From the NCBI GenBank assembly GCA_002269645.1, contig NIVC01002395.1, positions 62,001 to 126,000 of the forward strand: a stretch of DNA of 64,000 nt. Direction: 5' to 3'. The DNA comes from Macrostomum lignano (taxonomy: Eukaryota). Shown in pieces: positions 37,558 through 49,560 of the stretch. The translations under genes were made by a program, and so were the position numbers. The stretch's first letter is position 1; each line of letters opens with the position of its first letter. The notes beneath the pieces are model-generated. The model saw only the letters and a list, made by a program, of their open reading frames with translations. It was not told where the DNA came from and did no database searches.

Positions 37558-37711
37558 GCGCAACCTTGGGAATCACTCAGCCATTTCTATTGGCAACACA
37601 CATGTAAGTTGCTATTGGCTGAGAGCACTCACGTGATTACCATTTCATCCAATAATGACTTACATATGTGTGTTGCCAATAGAAATGGCCAGGTGAATCC
37701 CTAGGTTGCAC
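37558..37711. mobile_element. ~154-bp foldback element (MITE-like)
   Basis: Arms of ~50 nt are inverted copies and include the exact pair GCCATTTCTATTGGCAACACACAT / ATGTGTGTTGCCAATAGAAATGGC. Confidence 0.75.
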
Positions 37712-40700
37712 TTAAGCATGATTGAAACAAAAGCATCTTTTTAAATTAAAATAATAGGTCAGCTTAACAAACTAAATAATACCTTCGTTTTTTAAATAAA
37801 TAAGTATTGCAAAGACAAAGTAGTTACTGCTAAACCTGATGCATGCGCATGGGCATTTTGGCGGACGGCGTCCGGCGCGGATCTAATACGGCGCGGCGCG
37901 GCGCATACGCGCGCGGCGATTAGTACGGCGCGGCGCAGTACTAATTAGATGCCGAGGCATTTAGGCTTGATAAGACAGTCATAGTTACTCCTGCCGTTTA
38001 CCCAAAACTGCGTTAACTTTGCTTTAGGTTTCTTTCACAGGTAAGTCATTTCACAGCGTGGCGCAGGTTGTGTAGGCGTCTGGCGTACTTAAGCCATGCG
38101 CTGCAATAGGGCTGCTAAATTAAGGGCTAACTTTTTATATTTTTTGTCCAATTCTAATTTATAATTTAGGCATCAAGAAACAAACTCAGACACCAAAATC
38201 CTAGGCACAAAAAAGTACAAAAAGCACAGGCATTGAAAAGTGTGGATACCCTGCAAAAAAACTAATTTTAATAAAAGTTGAAAGCTATAGTCCAGATTAT
38301 GCTGGGTGCATGCCCAAACAAAAATTTGATAGTTACAAATGCACCCCAAAAAAATTGAATGCATGCCCACTCTTAAAACTCCACCCATGTTGCAACAATA
38401 AATGAACTTTTTTACATTGTGACAATAAATTACCTTTTTTCATTGTGTAATAGACCCTTATTGACAAATAATTTTTCTACTTTTTTGGTGATACTATTTA
38501 TAATAAAAAATTGATACATGCAAAAATTGTTTAAATGCCTTATTATGAGCTCAAAAACCTAGAAAGTGGGAAATTTATGCTTAAAAATGAACTTTTTTAA
38601 AACTTTTTTCTACTTTATAATAACTCTTCTGCATGATTCTAAAGTGTACACTAGGTGTATTTTCTTAAGAATGATGCATACCAACTGTGCATGCTTACTT
38701 TTGGCATGCAAGGCCAATGCATGTCTAAATTTTTGGGCATATACTACATAGGCCTAATCCAGAGTGTGGATTGAAAGCAAGTGTTTTGCAAATGAATAAC
38801 TTTGTAAGGCAATCAGACATTCATAGAATAAAAACAAATATAGATTATATATATATAATACATTATCAAAAAAAAATTTTTAAAAATGGGAGGCTTATAA
38901 TAAATAGGCCCTATGCCATATGGCTTGCCTTTATTATTGACATTAGGGACTATAGGCCTATTAGGATAATAACAAAATAAATCATATTTTTCATAGATAT
39001 GGCTTATTAATTTAAAGCTAACACTTACAAAAAGTAGAGACTTTGTCTTTATAAATTTAAAATTGAAAACAATAAGTTTGAACAAAAGTCATTGTAATAT
39101 AAAGATAAAGCAAATATAATATTAAAAAGATAGGTATTTGTCATTGCCTTGACCAAACTAGTCTGTGACTAAATAGGCCTAGACTTGGGGGTGAAACATC
39201 TGTAACTAAAAGAGTTTATAGGGGCAAAAACAACTGGTTACCTAAGTAATAGACTAGGTAGAATTGTGATCCAGATCTAGTAGGCATCTTGCTCTTAATG
39301 TAGGCCATCGCCATTATAGGCTATAGCATTTAGGCATATAGGGCTTAGGTTTAGGCCTACTTTTCATAGAATTTCATATTTCTTAATATATTATTAATTA
39401 TATATAGGTATAGAATCTCATAAATTCTCATATTTTCATAAAAACTTAAAACTAGTTGTCGTTGTAATGTAATGACAATGTAATAAAAACTAACATAAAT
39501 GATAACTATCAGTGATACAGACAGACAGATTAAAGGCATTAAGGCTTTTTCTGAATTTTCACAAGCTTTTTGACTGCAGCAAATAAATTCAAGTTAAATA
39601 CAATAATCTGAATTAAAAAGATCAAATTATCATTAGTTAGATTTTAATTTAAAAAGCACAACAATTTTACCCGGGTCGTAAATTCTCAAAAGCTATAACA
39701 CAAAAGGGAGTATAGCAGTCCTGTCTAGAAAGTAAATTGTTTTTTCTCAAAACAGAAAGGGCACCCAGGTTTGCTTTCAATAAAAAAGCACACTCAATGA
39801 TTACCTAATCCAAATTAAATTTGTTATCGAAAGAGGCGAAAATTCATGCGTTATTCAAAAGTTCTTTTATTGAAAGGTTCGAGAGCTATCGATCGACTGA
39901 CTGACTGCTAAACCTGCGGTGTCGACGTAACACCGACCTCTGATCCATGCCTTATCTTTCTTATAATTCCATGATATCGTATCGTGATCGTCTCAAGATA
40001 AATAAATCTTAAACTAAAGTGAAACTGAAACCAATCGCAATCGCCGCGATGCTGAAAAATAAAAATACAATCGAATCATTTTTTTCATGCGGTCAGCCTG
40101 AGCTTAGTAGCCCCTGGTATTAGCAAACTCTTGTAATTAAGCGTCAGTTTCCGTTTTACAAATGTTATTACTAATACTTTTGTAGTTTGGTTTAAACCTA
40201 ATCTGTTTAATTGTTTAACTTTTAGTTTAGTACCTTTTAATGAGTCATTGACAAAAGACTAGGGGCCTATAACACTGACAGGCCTCCAGACTGGGTCCTA
40301 CCCCTCTAGGCTATATTTAGGCCGATCTTCAACAACAATAAAGTCGCCACCTTTTAGAGTGTGCTAGGCCCTATAAATTATAGCTCAGTATTGACTTAGT
40401 TTTAAGTGACACAATTTGTGCCATGCGATGCAGAGTTGGGCTAGGCCTAACGCTGCCTAAGGAGAGATTGGGAAGAGTAGAGGGTAAAGATTGGATGGAT
40501 TAAAGCTTCTGACCAGTTTTCATTGTTTTTTCAAGCATTTTTTATCAATATGGATGGCTATATAATAAATGCTAGTCAAAATGGGCAATGGCTAAAGTTT
40601 TATCACTATATTTTATTTTCTAATAGCTAGCCTAGGCTCTATTCTATATGGCTATGCCTATAGAAATATGGATCTAGTAATGCCTTACCCTTATAAATGT

Positions 40701-41009
40701 ATATAAAAATATGAGGCCTACAATGTATTTTTCCTATCTAAAAATGAAATTTTTGGGACAAAAAATGCTAGGCCTATAACTTTTTTATTACTCAACCAAA
40801 ATTAATAAGTGAAGCTATTTTGTAATACTATTATTGTCCATATAAGGGTTTCACAACAGATATTTAGACAGACATTCAAAGTGATTGTAACTTTTAACAA
40901 AATTGAATCACTTCAACTATCTTTTAGGCAAATATTTACGTAAGTGTTGGGCGTCTAATAAGCTTTAATTTATTTACTGAAATAAAAAGCTTTCTGACAC
41001 ATTGATTGA

Positions 41010-41340
41010 CATACTTTTTATGTATGTCTTTAAAATGACACCTTAGGCATCGCAAAAGACAGCTTTGATGCTAAGATATTCAACACTAAACATTGCTTTG
41101 CACAAACTCATTCAGAAATTTCACTGATTTGTTTATCAATATTTGTGCAGCTGCCGTGTCCTTGTTTTTCATCAGAATCTTGTCAAATTCCAGTCATGTC
41201 TATATGCATGTCTCAGCTTTAAAATGACACATCAGGCATCACAAAAGACAGCTTTGATGCTGAGATATTCAACATTGAACATTGTTTTGTTCGAATTCAC
41301 ATTCAGAAATGTCACTGATTTTTGTGTTGAATACTAAGTC
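41010..41340. repeat. Two-copy degenerate tandem duplication, period ~189 bp
   Basis: AAAATGACAC..GGCATC.CAAAAGACAGCTTTGATGCT.AGATATTCAACA occurs at ~41032 and 41221. Confidence 0.85.
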
Positions 41341-41797
41341 TTTGGACTAAATAGCTTTATGCAGCCTTGAGATATACCATGCAATAGTTGTAGCTAAGCT
41401 ATTGGGTGTATGTTAATTATTTAAATTTGGATAGGTATAATCACTTATTATGAATTTTATATTTTTAGCTACTTAAACATCTAAAAATGCATAATTTTTT
41501 AACACTTTAATGTTATTATTTTTAAAATAGTTTTTCAAGGCCTAATGAAAATGCTATTGGAACCCTAAATCCTATAAAAATCTCTACCATTATCTTAAAT
41601 ATCTATGTAATTGCTTGCCAATTCAATCTTACATTACACAATTATATATACTAGTATGTACATGTATTGTAATAGGGCTTTATATAAATTTATTAAGTGC
41701 CTTTGAGTCATTTATTCTTTTTGTTTAAATTTAGCTATTTTCCTATCTGTTAGTCATTTTAATTTGAACTTTTTATGACTCAAGAAAGCTACAAAAT

Positions 41798-44575
41798 ATG
41801 AACAGTCAATCAACTGCAGTTCATGAGCTGCCTATTGTTCAGGCCAAAAGCGATGACCTCAAAGCCCAATTGAAGGCGCAGTATGAAAATGTGAAGCAAC
41901 TGAATTCTAGTGCTTTGGTCAAAGGTGACACCTGGGCTGTGGTGTCAGCGCGTTGGGTGAAGCTGTGGAAAGAATATGTTGGTGCTGAAGCTTTCTATGC
42001 AAACAAGCTGGGCGATGAGAACTATCACCCTGGACCAATTGACAACTCTGACCTCATTGAACCCGATGGGAAATTAAAGGAGGGTCGGTTGGCCGAGATC
42101 GACTACTTTTTCATGCACAAAGAAGCGTGGGATCTGCTGGCCGAGTACTACAAGACCAAGCAGTCAGAACCAATCTTTCGCAAAGTAATTGAGAAAGGAA
42201 AATTCACACGAACCGTAGAAGTCGAGGTCTACCTGTTGGACATGAAGCTGGCAGAGCTGGCCAACCCCGACAAGGTCATCAGCCATCGGTTCTCACGCGC
42301 CTCCCTGTTCTCTGAAGTCGAATCCACCATGAGGTCGCTGTTCAAAGTGCCCGACGATCGAGAGACGCGACTGTGGGTGTCGCTTAGCGGCACGCACTAT
42401 GAGTTACTTACTGACAAAGATCAGGCTCTGGAGAACCAGGTGTACAATAATCAGTACCTGGTGCTAGAGGTGAAGGGTACCGACGATAAGTGGCCACGCG
42501 GAGACGCACCGGGAAGCTTTACCATATCTCAAAACAGCAGCTACCTGCAAGGCACCGGTGGTCGGTTCAGCGCAGCCTCCTTTGCCAATGCCGGCTCTGG
42601 CAGTCAGGCGTCCGGCAGCGGCAGCAGCCAGCTGGAGCAACGCCGCAGCGCGACGCCCGGCTTGTGCGGTCTGTCCAACCTGGGCAACACGTGCTTTATG
42701 AACTCGGCTCTGCAGGCTCTGAGCAATGTTCAAATGCTCACTGAGTACTTTCTGTCTGAAAAGTGGAGGGAGGAACTGAATCCGGACAATCCCCTTGGCA
42801 TGCACGGTGAAATCGCCAGGCGGTACGGAGAGCTGATCCGGGATATGTGGTCTGGTAAGAATTGGCACATCTCGCCACGTAGTTTCAAGTATGCTGTAGG
42901 GCAGTTTGCTCCGCAGTTCTCCGGCTTTCAGCAGCAGGACGGCCAGGAGCTCATGGCGTTTCTTCTCGACGGCCTGCACGAGGACTTGAACCGCATCAAG
43001 AAGAAGCCCTACGTTGAATTAAAAGATGCTGACGGCCGTAGCGACCACGTGGTGGCGAAAGAGGCCTGGAACGACTACAAGTTGCGCAACGATTCCATTA
43101 TCGTTGATCTGTTTCACGGTCAGCTAAAGTCCACGCTTATCTGTCCTGATTGCCGCAAGGTGAGCGTCACCTTTGATCCATTTTGCTACCTAAGCCTGCC
43201 GGTACCCAAGGAACGCAATCGACTATTGGCATTCTTCTTTGTTAGCAAGGATCCAACTAAGCCGCCATTGAAATGCAAAGTGCAGGTTCCCATTGAGGGC
43301 CAGATTACCGATCTGTGCAAGGCCATTGGCCAGCAGTTCAAGGTGAAGCCTGACCACCTGCTTGTTGCCGACGTTTACAACAATAAATTTCACAAGGTGT
43401 ACGCTTCGGACGATTCCTACACCAGCATATCAAACGAGCGCGATTACATCTACGTGTACGAGCTGGACGCACCTGCCAATAGCACCAAACATGCCGTAGT
43501 GAAGGTTTACTTCGTCACCACGGCCAAGTATTCGCACGCATTCGGCCTGCCAATTGTGTTCTCCGTGCCGCTGACTGACATCACTTACGCTAACCTGTTT
43601 CAAACGGTTACAGAGAGGTCTTGTAGAATGCTGACGCTTAATTCGCCGGATCCGAAGAGCGCCACCTGGTGGAAGGACCATTCGTCAACTAAAGACGACG
43701 AGGGCATCTGCGACAGCGGCGAAGATGATGAAGCATCTCCGCAGAGCCCGCCGCCATTGTTTGTTCTTCGCCGATCGAACGCCAACCTGACAACTGAAAA
43801 CGAGCTGCTTGAAGCCAATTCCAGTGAAGCAGAACCGCTGTCGGTCTCCTCCGACCTCTACTTAATGGCTCGCTTTCATCCAAAGGCAAAGTTCTACTTT
43901 TGCAACGAGCAGAACGCTGTTCACTTTGAACGTCACTCGTCCGCTAGTATGATAATGCAGAAGCGGACGCACCACCTGGAGGACTGTCTGAAGCTATTCA
44001 CCGAAGAGGAAAGGCTAGGCAAGAAAGACGCCTGGTATTGTCCGAAGTGCAAAGATTTCAAATGCGCCTCAAAGAAATTTGACCTGTGGTGCATGCCCAA
44101 GGTGCTAGTAATCCATCTAAAGCGATTCCATTACGATCGTTACTATCGCAACAAGATTGACGATCTAATTGAATTTCCAACTCGCGGCTTGGACATGACC
44201 AACTGGCTGCTGAATCCGGAGGTGCAGGACTGCGCCACGTACGATCTGGTCTCGGTAGCCAATCACTATGGCTGCCTTGGGGGCGGCCACTACACGGCCT
44301 ACGGTATGAATTATCGCACTGGCAAGTGGCACTACTTTGACGACAGCAGCGTCAGGGAGAGCAGCGAGTCCGAAGCGGTCACAAAAGCCGCTTACGTGCT
44401 GATTTATGTCCGACGCGATCTCATGCCGCGGCTTGGCGATTCGTCGACCTCCGTTGATGGCGTCGCTGCCGATGCAGCTTCGCCAGGTGGCGCCGATCGA
44501 ATCGACACGGACGACGATGATATCACCGACAAGAAGGACGGCGGCAGCCAGCCGGAGCCAATGGAAGTCAATTGA
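41798..44575 (+). CDS. USP15: Ubiquitin-specific protease of the USP4/11/15 family (DUSP-UBL-split UCH domain), 925 aa, single coding exon
   Basis: Cys box GLSNLGNTCFMNSALQ, QQDGQELMAFLLDGLHEDLNR, zinc pairs CPDC/CPKC, His box HYGCLGGGHYTAY and WHYFDDSSV. N-terminal DUSP with PGPIDNSDL. Which of USP4, USP11 or USP15 cannot be resolved from sequence. Confidence 0.93.
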   Translation: MNSQSTAVHELPIVQAKSDDLKAQLKAQYENVKQLNSSALVKGDTWAVVSARWVKLWKEYVGAEAFYANKLGDENYHPGPIDNSDLIEPDGKLKEGRLAEIDYFFMHKEAWDLLAEYYKTKQSEPIFRKVIEKGKFTRTVEVEVYLLDMKLAELANPDKVISHRFSRASLFSEVESTMRSLFKVPDDRETRLWVSLSGTHYELLTDKDQALENQVYNNQYLVLEVKGTDDKWPRGDAPGSFTISQNSSYLQGTGGRFSAASFANAGSGSQASGSGSSQLEQRRSATPGLCGLSNLGNTCFMNSALQALSNVQMLTEYFLSEKWREELNPDNPLGMHGEIARRYGELIRDMWSGKNWHISPRSFKYAVGQFAPQFSGFQQQDGQELMAFLLDGLHEDLNRIKKKPYVELKDADGRSDHVVAKEAWNDYKLRNDSIIVDLFHGQLKSTLICPDCRKVSVTFDPFCYLSLPVPKERNRLLAFFFVSKDPTKPPLKCKVQVPIEGQITDLCKAIGQQFKVKPDHLLVADVYNNKFHKVYASDDSYTSISNERDYIYVYELDAPANSTKHAVVKVYFVTTAKYSHAFGLPIVFSVPLTDITYANLFQTVTERSCRMLTLNSPDPKSATWWKDHSSTKDDEGICDSGEDDEASPQSPPPLFVLRRSNANLTTENELLEANSSEAEPLSVSSDLYLMARFHPKAKFYFCNEQNAVHFERHSSASMIMQKRTHHLEDCLKLFTEEERLGKKDAWYCPKCKDFKCASKKFDLWCMPKVLVIHLKRFHYDRYYRNKIDDLIEFPTRGLDMTNWLLNPEVQDCATYDLVSVANHYGCLGGGHYTAYGMNYRTGKWHYFDDSSVRESSESEAVTKAAYVLIYVRRDLMPRLGDSSTSVDGVAADAASPGGADRIDTDDDDITDKKDGGSQPEPMEVN

Positions 44576-44693
44576 TTGACTATTAGACTGTCGCTATGTG
44601 CTTTTTTAATTTAAACACTGAAAGAGAAGTTACAAGGATGATTTAATTGACTCGAAACATTTGTTTGAAATTATTTATCGTAATATGAAAGAA

Positions 44694-46191
44694 TAGAATG
44701 GATTGCTAATCTAGCTAGTTCATTAATAAAAGCATGTAATGGATTGCTAATCTAGCTAGTTCATTGATGAAAGTATGGAATGGATTGCTAATCTAGCTAG
44801 TTCATTGATGAAAGTATGGAATGGATTGCTAATCTAGCTAGTTCATTGATGAAAGTATGGAATGGATTGCTAATCTAGCTAGTTCATTGATGAAAGCATG
44901 TAATGGATTGCTAATCTAGCTAGTTCATTGATGAAAGTATGGAATGGATTGCTAATCTAGCTAGTTCATTGATGAAAGCATGGAATGGATTGCTAATCTA
45001 GCTAGTTCATTGATGAAAGTATGGAATAGATTGCTAATCTAGCTAGTTCATTGATGAAAGTATGGAATGGATTGCTAATCTAGCTAGTTCATTGATGAAA
45101 GTATGGAATGGATTGCTAATCTAGCTAGTTCATTGATGAAAGCATGTAATGGATTGCTAATATAGCTAGTTCATTGATGAAAGTATGGAATGGATTGCTA
45201 ATCTAGCTAGTTCATTGATGAAAGTATGGAATGGATTGCTAATCTAGCTAGTTCATTGATGAAAGTATGGAATGGATTGCTAATCTAGCTAGTTCATTAA
45301 TAAAAGCATGTAATGGATTGCTAATCTAGCTAGTTCATTGATGAAAGTATGGAATGGATTGCTAATCTAGCTAGTTCATTGATGAAAGTATGGAATGGAT
45401 TGCTAATCTAGCTAGTTCATTGATGAAAGTATGGAATGGATTGCTAATCTAGCTAGTTCATTGATGAAAGTATGGAATGGATTGCTAATCTAGCTAGTTC
45501 ATTGATGAAAGTATGGAATGGATTGCTAATCTAGCTAGTTCATTGATGAAAGTATGGAATGGATTGCTAATCTAGCTAGTTCATTGATGAAAGTATGGAA
45601 TGGATTGCTAATCTAGCTAGTTCATTGATGAAAGTATGGAATGGATTGCTAATCTAGCTAGTTCATTGATGAAAGTATGGAATGGATTGCTAATATAGCT
45701 AGTTCATTGATGAAAGCATGGAATGGATTGCTAATCTAGCTAGTTCATTGATGAAAGTATGGAATGGATTGCTAATCTAGCTAGTTCATTGATGAAAGCA
45801 TGTAATGGATTGCTAATCTAGCTAGTTCATTGATGAAAGTATGTAATGGATTGCTAATATAGCTAGTTCATTGATGAAAGTATGGAATGGATTGCTAATC
45901 TAGCTAGTTCATTGATGAAAGTATGGAATGGATTGCTAATCTAGCTAGTTCATTGATGAAAGTATGGAATGGATTGCTAATATAGCTAGTTCATTGATGA
46001 AAGCATGGAATGGATTGCTAATCTAGCTAGTTCATTGATGAAAGTATGGAATGGATTGCTAATCTAGCTAGTTCGTTGATGAAAGCATGTAATGGATTGC
46101 TAATCTAGCTAGTTCATTGATGAAAGTATGGAATGGATTGCTAATCTAGCTAGTTCATTGATGAAAGTATGTAATGGATTGCTAATCTAGC
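44694..46191. repeat. Satellite of ~36 copies of a 41-bp unit GAATGGATTGCTAATCTAGCTAGTTCATTGATGAAAGTATG
   Basis: Tandem copies starting ~120 bp after the USP stop codon. Confidence 0.98.
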
Positions 46192-47064
46192 CAACACGGA
46201 AGTGTCAGTTTAGTTAGATCATTAGAAAATGAGGATTGCTAACACTACGTAAATATGGATGTAGAAGTTTAGGATATGCTAATCAGGCCAATCCTTTATT
46301 GTTTGCAAACTTTAAGTGCCAGCTTCACTCCCGATTCAATGTATCCCAACCATATTTTGTGTGTATGCTTTTGCTATGTAGAATCTGCAGGCATATGTCG
46401 AAGTTGAATGCTAAGGAGGCAGAGTTTCAATAGGCAACGCCTGTGACATTGCTATTCTCGATGCCCTCTGAAGTTTTATAAAGCCTTTCCCAGTTTCCCT
46501 CTCCCATGAAATCTGCTTATTGGCCGGCTTTTTTACAATCTTGTAACAATTGCTTCTAAATAATTAATTATATAGATAGAGACAACTGTTAGCGCCCCCT
46601 AAGCATCAATTGCACACGTCTTAGGTTGATGTATTATTATGTTCATACGCTGGCTCTGCTTTGGTTATATATAATTACTATTTTTATACCTGCTAATTGA
46701 TTGTCAGTCCTATTCACTACAATATTTATGCTCTGCTTATTCAAGAATTTTTCTGTTGTGAAATTGAAGCATCTGCAACTTGATGTGGACCTAACGCCTA
46801 TTTATTTTTGTGTAATTTTAATTCATGCGTCATGTTTCTAATCTGGTTTTACTCAAAACTTTTGTAAACCTACCAGAAACCTTATCTTCACCGCGTAAAA
46901 CCTAACAATATCATTTTCTTGGCAATTAATATTTTATTTTTGTTGTTTGTTATTTTTGTTTGCAGGGTGTAATGAAAGTTCAAGTTGATATAAAAAATTT
47001 ATATTCTATTGTTCTCCTAACTTGTAATGAAATTTAGGGATTTAAAATATGATTTTGACTTATA

Positions 47065-47353
47065 CGAGGGCTGTCCGGAAAGCAGTGTTACTGGTGATCT
47101 TAGCTTATCATTAGTAAGCCGCAGGTCCACACAAGTCTTTAATTGGACGTCAATTTAACAGTTGAAAATTGAGCAATCAAAGAATTCTACCCCTTTGTAT
47201 ATAGCCAATTGTCTCTGAACTTTGATTCATCTTACAGAAGAGACTTGACGCTTTCCAGCGGCACCAACTGTGTGGGCCTGCGGTTTACTAACGATGGGCT
47301 GCGATCAACAGTCTAAATATTCTATAATAATACTATTTTCCGAACACCCCTTA
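47065..47353. mobile_element. Degenerate Tc1/mariner-type MITE, ~290 bp
   Basis: TA|CGAGGGCTGTCCGGAAAG ... TTTTCCGAACACCCCTTA|TA: 13/18 inverted match with TA on both sides. Confidence 0.45.
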
Positions 47354-48837
47354 TAATTTATTGGCTCATCACCATTTATTTTTTACTTTTCTTCTGGGTT
47401 TCTTCGAATAATAAAATTCCAAAAAAACGAATTTTTGGGTTTATTTTATTTCATATTTATTCAGGATCTTTTTAAAATTCGACCCCTATCCAAGTTTCGT
47501 AGTTTTTCTGCCTTTTGTTTCTTCATGTTCTAAGACCGAAAAAATAAACCAACAGGCTAATAACCCATATGTATGGTTTGTTATTAATTGTTATTAACGT
47601 AGTTAAGACCGTCTTTCTTTTTAATTGAAAATTTCCGTTGAAGCGTAAAATATATTCGTCTTTGTCGCTTTAAATTTGTCTCATTTCCGTTTATTTTCTC
47701 TGTTTAGATAAAAACAGTACCCTTAAAATCAATTGTACATTGACTGGCTTTTATAGGTACAACACTGCCCGTACGCAACCTAGCCAACCCACGGCGCCCG
47801 CCACCCCAATCTCTACCCCATGTTGTACATTCGCCCAGCTGAATAAGCCCGCACCCCCTTCTAACCGCGGCTTCACCGCCCACGTGAATGTACATATGCG
47901 ATAAAAGCTCTTATCTTTACAACGCCTCAGGCTCACACTTGGGCTAGGTCTCCTAACCAAATAAGGCAATGGTAAGGAGTTATTAAAAACATTATAAACA
48001 AATGGCACTAAAGCTCACATTACTACTAATAGTTCCACGGGTCAAAAATTGTCAAATCAATGTACAGTTTGTTCAAACCCGTTAAAATTTATTCAAGCAA
48101 TCTTTGGCTCGCGGAGCTACAAGCAGTAATGTGAACGGGTCTTTAAGTGAAGCTGTATTGTTGATTTTATTCAAACTGCAACTTTCACATTGGTCCATGG
48201 ACCAAATTAATCCACCGTACTCTGGGCCATATTCTGGGGTATGTTGTTCGTAGAAAAATAAGATTTTCTTCTTTTCAATTCACTAGGATGCCCAATTGCC
48301 GAATCTATTTTCAGTTTGTCTTTTTTTAAAGTCTTGTTGATATACATAAAAATTGATTTCTTAACAATAAACCAACTGGTCATTGCTTTTTGTATGTCAT
48401 AACTTTCTCTGTTAAAATTTGTTTTCTAAGATTAGGAAGCTATATATTAGGAAGTTCAGGTATATAGTTTTAATCTGGGCTCAAAATCTTGCTACCAAAT
48501 CCCATAGCAAACTGATCAAGTTGGGAATTTCTCATCCCTTTGGATGCATTGTTTGAAAAACTATCAAAGCGATTGCTTTTATTAATTTTCGATGATAGGT
48601 TGGTCAAATGAAAAAAGGACATTATTTAATTATTTTATTGCTTCAACTTAACATACCTTGCCACTTGCCACGTAGCGTTAGCAGCACATTAGAAATTGTG
48701 ACTATGAATCAAGATTTTCTTTCACTTCTTTTTGTTCGATAAAGACGTAAATTCTGTCTGCAAATAATGCATGACATAAACTGCTTGAGCGCACTGTGAC
48801 ATGCACAGCAATCCTTGAATTATTAAATCCGTGAGTT

Positions 48838-49548
48838 ATGGAACTGCAAGTCATATTGAAAGCGCAGTACAAAAATGTAAAGCAGCTGAATGCTATTGCA
48901 TTGGAAAAGGGCGACATCTGGTCCGTAGTGTCAGCGCGTTGGGTGAAGCGGTGGAAACAATACGTTGGTGCTGAAGCTGATTGTGCTAACAAGCTGGGCG
49001 ATGAAAACTATCACCCTGGACCGATTGACAACTCTGACCTTATTGACTCTGATGGGAAATTAAAAGAGGGCCGATTGGCTGCTGAAATCGACTACTTTTT
49101 CATGCACTTGGAGGCCTGGGAGTTGTTAGCCGAGTACTATGGTACCAAACAGCCAATGCCAATCTTTCGCAAAGTAATCGAGAAAGGAAGATTCACGCGC
49201 ACCTTGGAAGTCGAGGTCTACCTGTTGGACATGAAGCTGGCAGAGCTGGCCAACCCCGACAAGGTCATCAGCCATCGGTTCTCACGCGCCTCCCTGTTCT
49301 CTGAAGTCGAATCCACCATGAGGTCGCTGTTCAAAGTGCCCGACGATCGAGAGACGCGACTGTGGGTGTCGCTTAGCGGCACGCACTATGAGTTACTTAC
49401 TGACAAAGGTCAGGCTCTGGAGAACCATGTGAGCAATAATCAGTACCTGGTGCTAGAGGTGAAGAGTTCTAATGGACAGTGGCAGTGCCAAAGTGAGTCA
49501 AAAGTTTTTCTGTCACTATTTTTATGCAGTCTTAAAATTATATTTTAA
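48838..49548 (+). CDS. Partial USP4/15 duplicate (copy 2): DUSP-UBL only; possible exon 1 (48838-49492) of a tandem gene
   Basis: Open ORF aligning to about aa 20-235 of the full USP. Its 5' half is diverged and includes an in-frame 3-nt insertion. About 200 nt of the UBL half is identical to the full gene. Confidence 0.75.
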   Translation: MELQVILKAQYKNVKQLNAIALEKGDIWSVVSARWVKRWKQYVGAEADCANKLGDENYHPGPIDNSDLIDSDGKLKEGRLAAEIDYFFMHLEAWELLAEYYGTKQPMPIFRKVIEKGRFTRTLEVEVYLLDMKLAELANPDKVISHRFSRASLFSEVESTMRSLFKVPDDRETRLWVSLSGTHYELLTDKGQALENHVSNNQYLVLEVKSSNGQWQCQSESKVFLSLFLCSLKIIF

Positions 49549-49560
49549 AACATTCTAGAA

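Noticed and set aside
41032-41230. AAAATGACAC shared between the 189-bp duplication and the 25.4-kb minisatellite
   Set aside because: A 10-mer in AT-rich DNA is compatible with chance.
49520-49529. Alternative acceptor TTTATGCAG in the putative USP copy 2-copy 3 intron
   Set aside because: It would give a 37-nt intron and reach an in-frame TAG within about 10 codons.
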